Assembly: GCA_014905635.1 (NCBI GenBank)
Contig: CM026548.1
Span: 1,116,001-1,180,000, forward strand
Direction of reading: 5' to 3'
DNA: 64,000 nucleotides
Origin: Scenedesmus sp. PABB004
Taxonomy: Eukaryota
Shown here: one piece after another, positions 47,601-59,545 of the stretch
Layout: each line of letters begins with the position of its first letter
How positions within the stretch are numbered: position 1 is the first letter of the stretch
Position numbers and translations under genes: made by a program
Notes under the pieces: model-generated
What the model was told of the DNA's origin: nothing
Database searches by the model: none
The model's input: only the letters and a program-made list of their open reading frames with translations

Positions 47601-49183
47601 GGCGGCCGCGGCGAGGCCCTTGCTGATGCCGTCGGTGCGCAGCCACTCGCACACGCAGCGCCTGCCGGCGGCGGCGCGCGGCGGCGGCACGCGGCGCGGC
47701 GCTCGGCGGCCGGCGGCGGCACGCGGCGCGGCGCTCGGCGGCCGGCGGCGCGGGGCGTGGCAGCAGCCCGTGCCGCCCCGCTCACCACATGAGCGCCTCG
47801 TGCGCCGCGAGCAGCTGCTGCTCGCCGCCGTGCTGCTCCGCGAGCACGCGCAGCGCGGCGAGGCCGCCGCCGCGCAGCGCCGCGTCGACGTAGCCGGTCA
47901 CGCCGTGCGCGGCCGCGTCGCCGCCGCCGGGCGCGGCGATGGCGCCGCTGCCGATCAGGCTCTCCACCGCGCGCAGCGCCGCGCCTGCGCGGCGACGGCG
48001 CGCGGGTGAGGCGCGCGCCGGGACGAGGCGTGGAGACGGTGGGCCGGCGCGCCGCGCCCGCGCCGCGCCGCGCCCGCCGCACCGGTGTACGTCTCCGAGT
48101 CCAGCAGCTGCAGCAGCTGCAGCGGGTCGCCGCCGCAGTCGTGCGCGAGCCAGTGGGCGAGCAGCTTGGCCGCCGCGTCCGCGACCGCGGGGTCGCGGTC
48201 CGCCAGCGCCGTGTCGACCACCTCGGCGCGCTGCCTGATGCTGTGTGGGCGGCGGGGCGGCGCCGGCAGCAGGGCGCCGTCGGCGCGGCGCGGGCCGTGC
48301 GGGGCGGGGCGGGCGCCGCAGCGCCGCAGCCCAGAGGCGGCCCCCTCGCGCCCGGCGAGCAGGCCCGGGCCGCCGCGCGCACCTGAGCAGCCGCATCGAG
48401 AGGCCCCTGAGCCGCAGCACGAGCGCCTTGCGCACCGCCGGGCTCACGTCGCGCGCGCGCGCCAGCAGCGCCGGCAGCGTGCGCGCGTCGAGCGGCAGCG
48501 ACGCCACCACCGCCGCGCGCACGTCCTTGCTCTTGTCGCTCGCGAGCGCGGCCAGCGCCGCGTCGGCCGCGGCGGCGCCGCCGCCGTCGCCACACGCGAG
48601 GTGGGCGATCGCGCGCGCGGCCTCCGCCCGCACCGCGATCGCCTTGTCCTGCAGCCGCTCCGCGAGCGCGCCGCGCAGCGCGTCCGCGACCGAGTCCTCC
48701 AGCAGCAGCCCCGGCGGCAGGCCGCCGAGCAGCTGCTGCAGCAGCTGCGCGGCGCGCAGGCGCGCGCCCTTGTCGAGCGCGCTCAGGTGGCCCGCGAGGC
48801 GCGCGAGCAGCTCCTCCACCACCGCCGCCGCGGCCTCGCTGCCGAGCGGCGTGCGCGCGGCAAAGGCGCCGAAGAAGCGCACGGCGCGCTCGGCGGCCGG
48901 CGACTTCTGCGGCCGCACGGCGCGGGCGGCCCGCGTGGGCGGGCAGTTGGCCGCGTGCCGCTGCCGTGGTGCTGCCTCGCTGGTGCCGCGGCCGCGCCGC
49001 CGCGCCGCGACGCCGCCGCACCTGGGCCAGCGCGACCAGGTGGTCCACGCAGGCCGCCAGCTCCGCAAAGGCGCCGTCCGGGTCGGCGAGCGCCGCCTTC
49101 CACAGCGCGCCGGCGCAGCGCTCCGCGGCGGCGCCGCCGTCCTGCGCCGCGTTGAGCAGCGCGCCCACGCTGCTGCCCGGCAT
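44644..49183 (-). CDS. NCAPG: Condensin I subunit CAP-G (HEAT-repeat)
   Basis: HEAT motifs ALDKGARLRAAQLL, RLQDKAIAVRAEA, DKSKDVRAAVV and RARDVSPAVRK are present, with C-terminal Cnd3-like AEALAKLLLH and LRQCLAVFF. Confidence 0.85.
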
Positions 49184-50040
49184 GATGCCGCGCCCGCCGG
49201 CAGGGCCGCGCGCGGCGTGTGTGTGCGCTGAGGGCAGGGGGCGCCCAGGCGGCCGCGTTCGTGCAGCGCGCGCCTGCACGCGTGCGAGGGGGCCGCGGGC
49301 GGTCGCGCGCTGTGGCCGGTATGCTATGCGCGGCACCCAGCGAGCAGGGGCGCGCAAGGGCGGGGGCGGGTTTCGCGGCCAGGTTGCGCAGCTGTCGGCG
49401 TTCGCGCGCTGGCCGCTTGAATTCCTGGCGCGCTCGCAGTGCGCGCGGGCCCCAGCCGCCGCCACACGGCGCCCCAGGAAGCGGCTCCGACAGCCCACGG
49501 GGCCGCTGGCTGGCGGCGGCCAGCTGCCCGACCGCCGCTGCCGTCGCGAGGCGCGCGCTGGCGAAGGAAGGATCTGCCGCGGCCCGGGCAGCAGAAGCAG
49601 CAGCCCAACTGCGACGTTACCGGGGGCCCGCCGCGCGGGCAGCAATTGCCGCCCGCCCGCCGCCTCCGCCGTGCGGGCCCCACCGCCCGCCGGCGCGCCT
49701 GCCGGGCGCGCGCGCGCCCTTGGCGCCCTTGGCGCCGCGAGGCCCAAGGGACCGCCGCCCCGCCCCGCAGCTATCAGCACGCCGCCGCCCGCGCGGACAA
49801 GGGAGAGAGGCAGTCCTGCGATCACGCAGCGCGCCGCCGCCAAGCTGGCCAGCCGCGCCCCCCAAAATGCGAGATGAAAACGTGCAAGCGCAGTGGCACG
49901 CCTCACACCCACGTCCGTGCACGCCCACGTCCGTGCGCGGCGCCGTGCGGGCCCTGGCGCCGCGCGCGCCTGCGCGCGCGCCGCCCGGCCCGCCGCGCCG
50001 CGCCGCCGGCCGCGCCGCCGCCGCCGCCGCCGCGCCGCGC

Positions 50041-50865
50041 TCAGGCGAGGTCGAGCGCAAAGCCGACCTTGGGCGCCTTGCCGCCGACGTTGAGCGTGTC
50101 GAGCTGCGTGGACAGCACGAAGCGCTCGCCCGTCGTGAGGCGCTGCTCGTAGAGCGCGGAGAGCGTGCCGCGGTGGTCGACCTTGGTCTTGAGCAGCGCG
50201 CCGTTCTCGAGGCGGCGCGAGACGCCGAGGTTGAACGCCACGTCGCCGCCCGCGACGGGGCGCGAGATCTCGGCCGCGAGCGTCTTGTCCTTGGACACGC
50301 TGTGCGCGGCGAGGAAGCGCAGCGTCTCCGCGCGGTCCGCGAGCTGCACCGCGAGCTGGGAGTCGCCGGCGTGGATGCCGACCGCCGCGCCGTAGCCGCT
50401 GACGGTCGACTTGGCGGTGTCGTACGCGACCTCGCCGCCAAACACCAGGTTGCGCCACCCGCTCGCGGCCGAGAGCGTGACCTTGGGCTGCGTGGTGAGG
50501 CCAACGCTCGTCTTGAGGTGCACGCTGCTGTTGACGTAGTCGACCAGCAGCTTCCCGCTCTGCGTGTCCGGCAGCGTCGCGCTCAGCGTGACCTTGACGC
50601 CCGGCGCGACCTTGTCCACGTGCGCCATGACCGTGACGCGGTCGCTGGTGTTGAAGAGGGCGTTGATGCCGTAGTTGCCGACCGAGTAGACGGCGCGCAG
50701 GCTCAGATCGGCCTTGTCGTCCTTGCGCACCGCGCCCAGCGTCAGCGCGACGCCGTCGGCGGTCTTGGTGGCGTAGGTAAACTTCTGGTCATACTGGAAC
50801 ACGCCCTCGCGGCTGCCGTAGAGCGTCTCGCGCACGCTCTTGCCGATGTCGGTGATCGCGATCAT
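50041..50865 (-). CDS. VDAC: Mitochondrial outer-membrane porin (VDAC), 274 aa, intronless CDS
   Basis: N-terminal ITDIGKSVRETL helix, alternating beta-strand pattern, LKTKVDHRG, and C-terminal KVGFALDL beta-signal. An acceptor just upstream of the ATG suggests a 5'UTR intron. Confidence 0.9.
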   Translation of the reverse strand: MIAITDIGKSVRETLYGSREGVFQYDQKFTYATKTADGVALTLGAVRKDDKADLSLRAVYSVGNYGINALFNTSDRVTVMAHVDKVAPGVKVTLSATLPDTQSGKLLVDYVNSSVHLKTSVGLTTQPKVTLSAASGWRNLVFGGEVAYDTAKSTVSGYGAAVGIHAGDSQLAVQLADRAETLRFLAAHSVSKDKTLAAEISRPVAGGDVAFNLGVSRRLENGALLKTKVDHRGTLSALYEQRLTTGERFVLSTQLDTLNVGGKAPKVGFALDLA

Positions 50866-51254
50866 CCTGCTGCACCGGCGCGACCCGGAGGGCGCGGAGA
50901 GGGCGGAGAGGTGCGGGAGAGGCGCAACGGGGGCGCGGGCGCCGGGCGCGTGCGAGAGCGCGGGGGCCGGGCGCGTTGGTGCACAGCGCGAGGGCGGGCG
51001 GGCGCGCGAGGGCGACGGGAGGGACGCCGGTGGGCAGGCGGAGCGGGGATTGGGGCGGCGGCGGTCGGGGGACCCCGCATTGAGGCGCACGAGCAGAAAT
51101 GACAGCGAGGCGTGGGCCCCGGAGCTTCTACCACCCGCTGCAGGCCTCCCAGGCGCGTCCGCGCCGCCCACCGCGCTTGATCAGGCCGCCCCGCGTCCGC
51201 CAGGCCGGCGCCCTGCCGGCGCAGGCTGCCGGCCGCCGCCGCGCGGGCGCCAGC

Positions 51255-52249
51255 TCAGAGCACGCCAGCCGTCGGCGGCACGTGCAGCGCGCCGTTGATC
51301 TTGGACCCCAGGTACTGGTTGAGCAGGTCCCGCAGCTCGCCGTTCTGGGCCCGCAGCTCACCGACGGCGGCCAGGCCCTCGGCGCGGCGCGCGAGCAGGG
51401 CGTGGTACGCGCCGAGCTGCTGCTCGAGCCGCCCCCACGCGCGCAGCGACGCCTCGCCGACCGCGCCGCACAGGCGCTCCCAGAAGCGCCGCTCGCGCTC
51501 CGCCAGCCGCGTGCCGGCGCCCGCGCCGGCGGCGGCGCGGAGGCCCTGGGCGAGCGCGGCGCCGAGGCTCCGCCGCACGCGGGCGCCGCCGGGGCGCGGC
51601 GCGGTGCGCGGCGCCACGCCGGCCCCGGTGCCGCCGCCGCCGGCGCCGCCGCCGCCGCTCGCGGCGAGTGAGGGCTGCGCGCTGACGCCGGCCTCCGCCT
51701 CGACAAAGGCCTTGAGCCGGCGCAGCACGTCGTCGGGGTGCACCAGCGCCGGCGCCGCCTCGCCCGCGCCTGCGCGCGGCGCCGGCGGGCCGCGGTGGGC
51801 GGCCGCCCGGGCGGCCGCTCGGGCAGGCACGCGCAGCGGCGGCCGCGCACCCTCCGCGCCGCCGTCGGCGCGCAGCGCGGCGAGCAGCGCGTCGAGCGCG
51901 GGGCCGTCGGCCACGCCGAGCGCGCGCGCGACCGCCTCGCCGGCGACCAGCACGCCCTCCGCCGGGGGCAGGCGCGCGATGAGCGCGGCGGCCTTGGCCT
52001 CGACCAGGAAGCCCGCCTCGTCGACCAGCAGGCAGAGCGCGCCGTACGCGGCCGGGTCGGCCAGGCGCGCCGACACCTGCGCGCGCGGGAGGCGGGCGGG
52101 CGTCCGCGGCGGCGTCGCGCGGGTGGGCAGACACGGGCGGGCGCTGCGCGGGCGGGCACGCGCGCGCACGCACCTCGGCGGCGCCCGCGTGCGGCGCGGC
52201 CACGCCGGCGGCGCCGTCCCCCGTGCCGGAGGCGCCGTCCCTCGCCCCG

Positions 52250-52296
<47 letters not shown>

Positions 52297-54763
52297 CTCC
52301 GGCGCGCCGCCGCCGGGCGCCGCCTGCTGCGCCGCGGCCGCCGGCGGCACCGCGTCGTGCGGCGACGCAAAGAGCGCGGCCTCGTCGGGCGGGCCCCAGG
52401 CCCAGCCGAGCTGCTGCTCGTGGATGACCCGGTCCGCCGCGAGCAGGCGCCGCGCGAGGCCGGCCGCCTCGTCCTGCTGCAGCCGCCACAGCTCGCGGTG
52501 CTTCGCCGCATCGACGCGCCCAAAGTGCCGGAACTTGGCCTGCGCGCGGCGGCGCCGCGGCAGCGGCGGCGGGAGGCGTCAGCCGCTCTCTGCGTGCGCG
52601 CGCGCGCCACCGCTCGAGGGAGGGGGGGGGGGGGGAGCTCCCGGCCAGCCCTGCCCTCTCGCGGCGGGGCAGCCCAGGTGCTGCTGCGCGGCACGCGCCT
52701 GCAGGTCCTTGAACTGCTCGGTCACGCGGCGGTACTCGTCGGTGAGGCGCCCGTTCTCCTCCGCGCCGCGCCGCTCACCCGCCGCGTAGCGCGCGCGCAG
52801 CGCGCCCAGCGCGTCGCGCTGGCGCGAGAGCTTGCGCTTCTGCTGGTTGATCGTCGCCGCGTTCTCTGCGCGCGCCGCCGCCGCGACGGGGTCGGTCCCA
52901 GCCCGCGCACGTCGCGCCACGCGCAGCGCGCTGCTTCCCCCCCCCCCCGCACTCCTGCCCTCCCTCCTTGCTCCCTCCCTCCCTTCCTCCCTCGCGCGCA
53001 AGCGCGCGCGCACCCGCGTCGCGCTCGAGCAGCACGCGGTGGTTGTACTCCAGCTTCTCCGCGTTGAGCTGGTACGCCGCGCGCATGCTCTCCAGGTGCT
53101 GCTCCATCACGGCGATGTCGCTCTCCAGCCTGCGGCGCAGCCGCGGCGGCGGCGACGCGGCGGCGCGGGCTGGCTCCTCGGCCCGCTCGGTCCCTGCCGC
53201 ACCGCCGCCCCTGCCCTCCGTCCTGCGAGCGCCGCCGCCGCCGCCGCGCGCGTCCCGCGAGCGCCGCCGTCACCGCGCCGCTCACTTTATCTTGAGCACC
53301 TGAAACTCCTCTGCGTCGGCGCCGCGCAGCTCCTCCAGCCCCGCCGCGTACGCGCCGACCGCGGCGAGGAAGCGCTCCGTGAACGCCGCCTCGGCCACCG
53401 ACCGCGCGTCCAGCAGGCCGCCGACCTCGCGCCGGTTGGCCGAGAGCAGCTCCGCGCGCTCCTGCAGTGCAGCGTGGCGGTGGCGGCGGCGGCGGTGGCG
53501 CGTGACCGCGGTCGCAGCGCGCCCCCGCCGGGTGCCGCGCCGAGCGGCGCGGCGGCGGCCGGGCGCTGCGCCGCGCGGCGCGCGGGCGCAGGGCCACCTG
53601 CAGCAGCGCGCGCTCCGCGCCCTCGAGCTCCTCGCGGCACGCCGCCGCGAGCGCGCTGAGCTGGCGGGCCATCGCGCCGAGCAGCGCGTCCACGTCTACC
53701 GCCTGGCGCTTGAGCAGGCGGACAAAGTCCTCGTCCTTGGACTTCAGCGCGGCGCGGATGTCTGCGGCGGCGCGCCGCCGGCGGGTCGGCGCAACGCGTT
53801 GCCAGCCCCGCCGGCGCCCTGCCCAAGCCCCGCGCCGCGCGGCCAAGCCTCCGCTGACCTGCGGCCCCGCGAGCACACCCCGCGCGCGCGCGGCGCACCC
53901 GCGATGAGCCGGTCCTTGCTCGCCATCACGCCCTCGCAGGCGGCGCGCTGCGCCTCGATGGCCGCGAAGAGCTCGCCCGGCACGCCCAGCGCCGCGACGC
54001 CGGGCCAGCGCGCCGCGATGTCGGCGTTGGCGGCGGCCGAGGCCTCCGCCTCGGCGAGCAGCTTGGCGCGCAGCTCCTGCGCGGCGCGCGCCGCGGCGTG
54101 CGCGGCGCGCGCGCGCCGAGCGCGCCCGGCCAGGGCCGCACGTACGGCGTGCCGCTCCGCGCCCGCGCGCCCGGCGCGCACCTGGCGCATCTGCTCCTCG
54201 CGCTGCCGCCGGCCGTTCTCCTGCTCGTCCGCCGCCACGCGCACCGCGGTGACCGCCTGCTGCGTGTCGTGCTTCAGCCGCAGCAGCCTGCGGCCGGCGC
54301 GCGGGGCGATGGCGCGGCCGCGGTCGCCACCCGTGGCGGCTGTCCAGCGGCGCGCGAGGCGAACCCTCAGCGCGCCGGCCGCGCGGACCTGCGCGACGCC
54401 TCCAGCAGCTGCTGCGTCGTGCGGCTGGCCTCGTGCTGCTCCTCCGCCTGCGCGACGCCCGCTGCGGGCGGCGCAGCGCGTCGCGCGTGTGCGCGGCGAG
54501 CAGCGCGCCGCGCGCAGCACAGCCCCCGCCCCCCGGCGCGCACCGGCGCCGTCGCCGCCCTGCCGCATGGCGGCCAGCCTGTCCTGCACGCGCTTGCGCC
54601 GCGCGGCGATGCGCGCCTCCCTGGCGCGGCGCGGCGCGGCGCAGCGCGCGACAGCAGCGGCGCGTGGGGCTCCCGCCGCGCCGTCCGCGCTGCGCCGTGG
54701 CCCCACCCCTCCCCCTCCTCCTCACCTCGCGGCGCTGCCGAGCTGCAGCCCCTCCTCCCCCAT
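51255..54763 (-). CDS. DRC1: Dynein regulatory complex subunit 1 (CCDC164/NYD-SP28 family)
   Basis: Motifs REARIAARRKR, SKDRLIADIRAALKSKDEDFVRLLKRQ and MRAAYQLNAEKLEYNHRVL are present, with C-terminal QNGELRDLLNQYLGSKIN..VPPT. Confidence 0.9.
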
Positions 54764-55072
54764 CGTGCCGGCCGCTCCCTGCAGGTCCGCCGCGCGCCGA
54801 GCGCTGACCAGCGCCGCCGGCGAGGTCGCTGCGCGCGGCTGCGAGCTCCGCCGCGCTTGTGGCGAGCTGGGCCAGAGCTCCGGGCGCGTCCGCGGGGCTC
54901 AACGACCACGGGGCGGTCTCTGTCACTCGGGCAGTGCTCGCTCAGAGCGCCCCCGCCCCGCGCCCAATTGTGCTCCCGCCGTCTGCTCCATCCCGCTTCG
55001 CCGAGCGTAGCCAGACCACGCACGCAGAGGCGGGAGCAGCAGCAGCAGCAGCGGCGGCAGCAGGCGGCGGCG

Positions 55073-56705
55073 ATGGCCGCGACAGCAGCAGCAGCGGCGC
55101 CGCCGGGCGCGCCCAGCCACCCCACCTATGACATCCAGGCGGTGCGCGCGCCGCCGGCGCACGGCGCCGCGGCCTCGGCACTGCGCCAGCCGCCGGCCGC
55201 GGCCGCCGTCGACGCGCGGCGCCGCCGCCCTGCGGGGACCGCAGGTCATCGCGGCCGCGCTGGCGGAGGACGCTGGCGACCGGGGGACATCACCACGCTC
55301 GCCACGTGAGCCGCGCCGGCAGCCCGCCGCGCGCCCGGCGCGCCCGAGCGCGCGAGCCGGGCTGGCTGCCCGCCGCCGCGCCGCGAGACCACACGGCCGC
55401 GCCGCGCGCACGCGCAGCATCCCTGAGGCGACGCAGGCGACCGCGACGTTCCTGGCCAAAGCCGACGGCGTGCTGGCGGGCGTCGCGGTGGCCGACGCGG
55501 TCTTCGCGGCCGTCGACCCGGGCCTGCGCGCGACCTGGAGCCTGCAGGGTGACCGCCGCGCCGCGCCGCGGCGGCCGACCGCCGCCCGCCGCTCGCCGCC
55601 CGCCCGCGGCCGACGCCGGCCCGCGGCGGCCGAGGCCGACGCCCGCCCGGCGCCGCCGCAGACGGCGACCGCGTGGCGGCGGGCGACCAGTTTGGGTTCG
55701 TGTCCGGGTCGGCGCGCAGCATCCTGGTCGCGGAGCGCGTGGCATTGAACTTCATGCAGCGAATGAGCGGCGTCGCCACCGCGACCGCCGCCATGGTCGC
55801 CGCCGCGGCGGGGCACAAGGCGCGGTGAGGCGGCGCGGCGCCGGCGCTGCGCCGCGGCGGCGCGCGCCCGCCCGCCCGCCGCGCGCTGCGCGCGGGGCCA
55901 ACACCAACGCCGCCGCCGCGCCGCCCGGCAGCATCCTCGACACGCGCAAGACGGCACCGGGGCTGCGCCTGCTCGACAAGTGGGCGGTCGCGCTGGGCGG
56001 CGGCACGCCGCACCGCATGGGGCTGTTTGACATGATGATGATCAAAGACAACCACATCACAGCAGCGGGCGGCATCAGGCGCGCCGTCGCCTGCGCCGCC
56101 CGCGCCGCCGCCACCGTCACGGCGCCCGGCCCCGCGCGCGCGCGCCGCCGCTGTGCGGGCCGGCGCCGCGCACCGCGCCCGCGCCCACGCGCGGTGCCCG
56201 GCCGCGCGCAGCCAAGCGGTCGCGGCGGCGGAGCGCTTCATCGCGCAGCGCGGCCTGCAGGGCGTGCAGGTGGAGGTTGAGACGCGGAACCTGGAGGAGG
56301 TGCAGCAGGTGCTGGCGGTGCTGCGCAGCGGCGCGGCGCCGCACGTGGCGCGCGTGATGCTGGACAACATGGCGCGCCGCGACGCGGCCTGCCCAGGCGG
56401 CGTCGACGTGTCGCTGCTGCGGGAGGTGCGGCAGCGGCGGCGCGCGCGTGTGCGCGGGCTCGGGCTGCCCTGTGCACGCCAGCGCTGAGCGCCCGGGCGC
56501 GTCCCTGCCGCCGCGCGCGCAGGCCGTGGCGGCCATCGGCGGCGCGGTGGAGACCGAGGCGAGCGGCAACGTCAACCTGCGCAGCGTGGGCGCGATCGCG
56601 GGCGCGGGCGTTGACTACGTGAGCGTCGGCGCGCTCACGCACAGCGTGACGGCGCTGGACATCTCGCTCAACATCGTCACGCAGGCGCAGCAGGCGCAGC
56701 ACTGA
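55073..56705 (+). CDS. nadC: Quinolinate phosphoribosyltransferase (nicotinate-nucleotide pyrophosphorylase)
   Basis: Motifs [67 protein letters not shown] and SVGALTHS are present. Confidence 0.95.
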
Positions 56706-57634
56706 CCGAGAGCTGTTCGGGAGAGAGCGGGAGAGCGGGCTGCACGCGCGGCGGCGAGAGGTAACTGACACAGTTACCGACAACTCACTCTCAGCGCACG
56801 GGGGGCCGCTCAATTCGCGGCGCCCGCGGCCTCATCGTCGCCTGTCTGTGCAACCTGCGGCGGGGCTGTGCGCCGCCGCCGCGCCGCTCGCGCAGCAGGG
56901 GCGGCCAGTGGCCGGCCTGCCTGCTGCGCTCGTGTGCCCTCTCTCAGAGGAGCATCTCTCTCGGCTCGGCTAAGGTGTGAGTGCACCACGCAAGCAGGTC
57001 GGCAGCCGCCGCCGCCGCGCCGCGCCGCCGCCGCCGCGCGCGCGGCGCCATCTCGGCCGCGCGCGGGCTGCCGGCGGCGCGTTTAAAGGTGGGTGGGGAC
57101 AAAAAAGAAAAGGAGGCGGCGCGCGCGCCGCACGCACGCAGGGCTGGAGCAGCAGCCGCAGGGGCAGTCTCGCGCGCGCCCATGGTGGTGGGAGGTTCAA
57201 ACGCGACACACAAAAACACACACGTCCTGCAGCCGACGGGCGCGCGCGCCGCGCAGCCCGGGCCGCCGCCTCCGCCCAGCCACACCGCGTCCCAGGCCCC
57301 TGCCCACTCCAATGTTGTGCAGTGAGCAACGCACACGGCCATGCGGGCACGTGGTGCCCGCTTTGGTTGGTGGCCGACGCCGGCGCCGCCGCAGCGGCGC
57401 GGCCTTGATTCGTGGGGCGCGGCGCGCGGCGGCGCGCCGCGGCTGCGGCGCGGGCTGCCGCTGCAGCCCGCGCCGGCCGCGGCCGGCCGCGCCGGCCGCG
57501 CCGTCCTGCCTACTCCCGGCCCCGGGGCCGACCGATGCAGCGCGGTCTGCCCAGCCCCCGCCCGCCCACCCGCCCGCCCGGCGCGCGCCAGGGAGCAGCT
57601 GCGCCGGGGCGGGCGCGCGCATGTGGCGCGGCGC

Positions 57635-58913
57635 TCAGCACGAGCCCAGCATCGCGTCGGGCGCGTCGGGGCCGTGCACGTCCTCGTCAAAGGTGAGGTG
57701 CCAGGCCTTGGGCTTGCGGTACTGCCCGCTCGCCGCGTCGCCCGACACAAACGCGAGCAGCTGCTGGTAGCGCTGCGCGGCGGCGGCGCCGCCGGCGGCG
57801 CGCGACGCCGCGGCCGCGTCGGCTGCGGCGAGCTGCTCCGGCGAGCCCACCCAGGCCTGCATGTACTCCAGGTCGCCGAGCTGGGGGTGCAGCTGCGCGC
57901 GGCGCACGCGGCGCGAGAGCCGCGCCGCGTGGCGCGCCTCGTGCAGCGCGACACGGCGCAGCGCGCGCGCCGCGCCGGCCGACAGCGCCGCGCCGTCCAG
58001 CTCAAACGCGCCCTCCGCCTCCTCGTCCCACGCATAGCACCAGGGCTTGGGGTTGGCCTCGCTGCCGTACGCCCAGGCCGCGGCCGGCGCGGGCGCGGCC
58101 GCGGGCGCGGCCGCCGCTGCGGCTGCAGCGGCGTACGCCGGCGCGGCGGCGAGGAAGTGCGGCTCGTCGCACAGCTCGCCCTCCTCCGCCTCCTCGTCGT
58201 ACGAGTTGTGCCACGACGCCGCGCCCGGCTGCTGCAGCTGCTGCTCCAGCTCCGACGCGTCGAGGCTGCCCATGCACGCCGGCGCGGCGCCCGCGGGCGC
58301 GAGCACAGGCGTCGCGTGCGCCTCGAAGAACGCCGCGATGCGCTCGTACTTGCTGCTCGCCGCCGCGCGGCGCTGCTGCTGCTGCTGCTGCTGGCGCAGG
58401 TCGCGCCCGGAGGGGCCGGCGCCGGCGTAGCACCTGGGCGGCGGCGGGCGAGGCGGGCGGCGGCGGGCGGTCGTCGGCGGCGGGCCGCGGGCGGTCGGCG
58501 GCGGCAGACGCGGCGCGCTGCGGGCGCCCGCCTGGCGCGTCCCGCCGTTCCCGGCGGCCTGCTGGCGCGCCCGGCGGGCGCATCGCGGGGCGCCCGCCGG
58601 GCCGCGGCGGGCGCAGCCATGCGGGGCCGCGCGGCGCGGCGCATCGCGGGGCCGCCGCACCTGCAGGCGAGCGCCGGGGAGGCCGCGGGCCTGCCGGGAC
58701 GGCACACGGGCGAGGCGGCGCCTGCGCGGAGCGGCGGCGGGCGTGAGCGTGCAGCTGTGGCCCCCGCTGGCCCCCGCTGCCCGGGGCGGCCGCGGCGCGC
58801 GGCGCGCCGGCGGGGCGCCGGTGGACGCGCGGGCGTCCCGGCGTCGCACCTGGCCCGCTGCGGCGCGTCAATGCCGGCTGCTGCGCCTGCACGAGTGGGG
58901 CGAGGGCGGCCAT
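57635..58913 (-). CDS. Hypothetical protein (3 exons)
   Basis: ATG at 58913. Two GT-AG introns join in frame to a final exon encoding KYERIAAFFEAHATP...HPQLGDLEYMQAWVGSPEQL...YRKPKAWHLTFDEDVHGP. Codon usage resembles the neighbouring genes. Confidence 0.65.
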
Positions 58914-59545
58914 GGCGGGGCCGGGGCGCGGAGCGCGGATGGGGTGCTCGCGGGGCCGGCGAGGGCCTTGTCGTGAAAGATGCGGCGGTGGCGAGGCGGG
59001 CAGAGGGGGCGTGGAGGGACTGGCGTTGCGGGGTGGGTGGTGGGCGTGGGCCGGGGCGAGGAGTCGCCGCGCCGGCCTGGTGATGTGCACCGCTGGGGCC
59101 GCTGCTGTGTGCCGGGCGTGCGCGCGGGCGGGCGTTGCGGGCCGGGCCGCGAGATGCCGGGTGGTGGCCAGGGCTCAGGGCTGGCCACAAGTCTGGCCGC
59201 TGCAGCTTTGAGCGCTGCCGGCGCGCGTGGCGGCGCGGGGGCGCGGTTGGTGCACGTGGGGTGCGCGCCGGCACTGCGCCGGGGTTGCTCTGGGTTGACG
59301 ACAGGCGGCGGCCATGTCGTCGCTGGGTCGTCAACCTGCGCCACGGATCGAGCTGAGCCAGCTGTCTAGCCAGGGCCCGCGGGAAGCACACAGCAGCCAC
59401 ACCACGCCCAGGATGCACACGCCAGCTCGCCAGCCACGACGCCGGCCGACTCAGGCGCGCGCGCAGCAGGGGCAGCGCTCCCGCTCCGCCTGCTGCGCGA
59501 CCGAGGCTGTGGGCAGCGCGCAGCGGGAGACACTCCATGCGCAGC

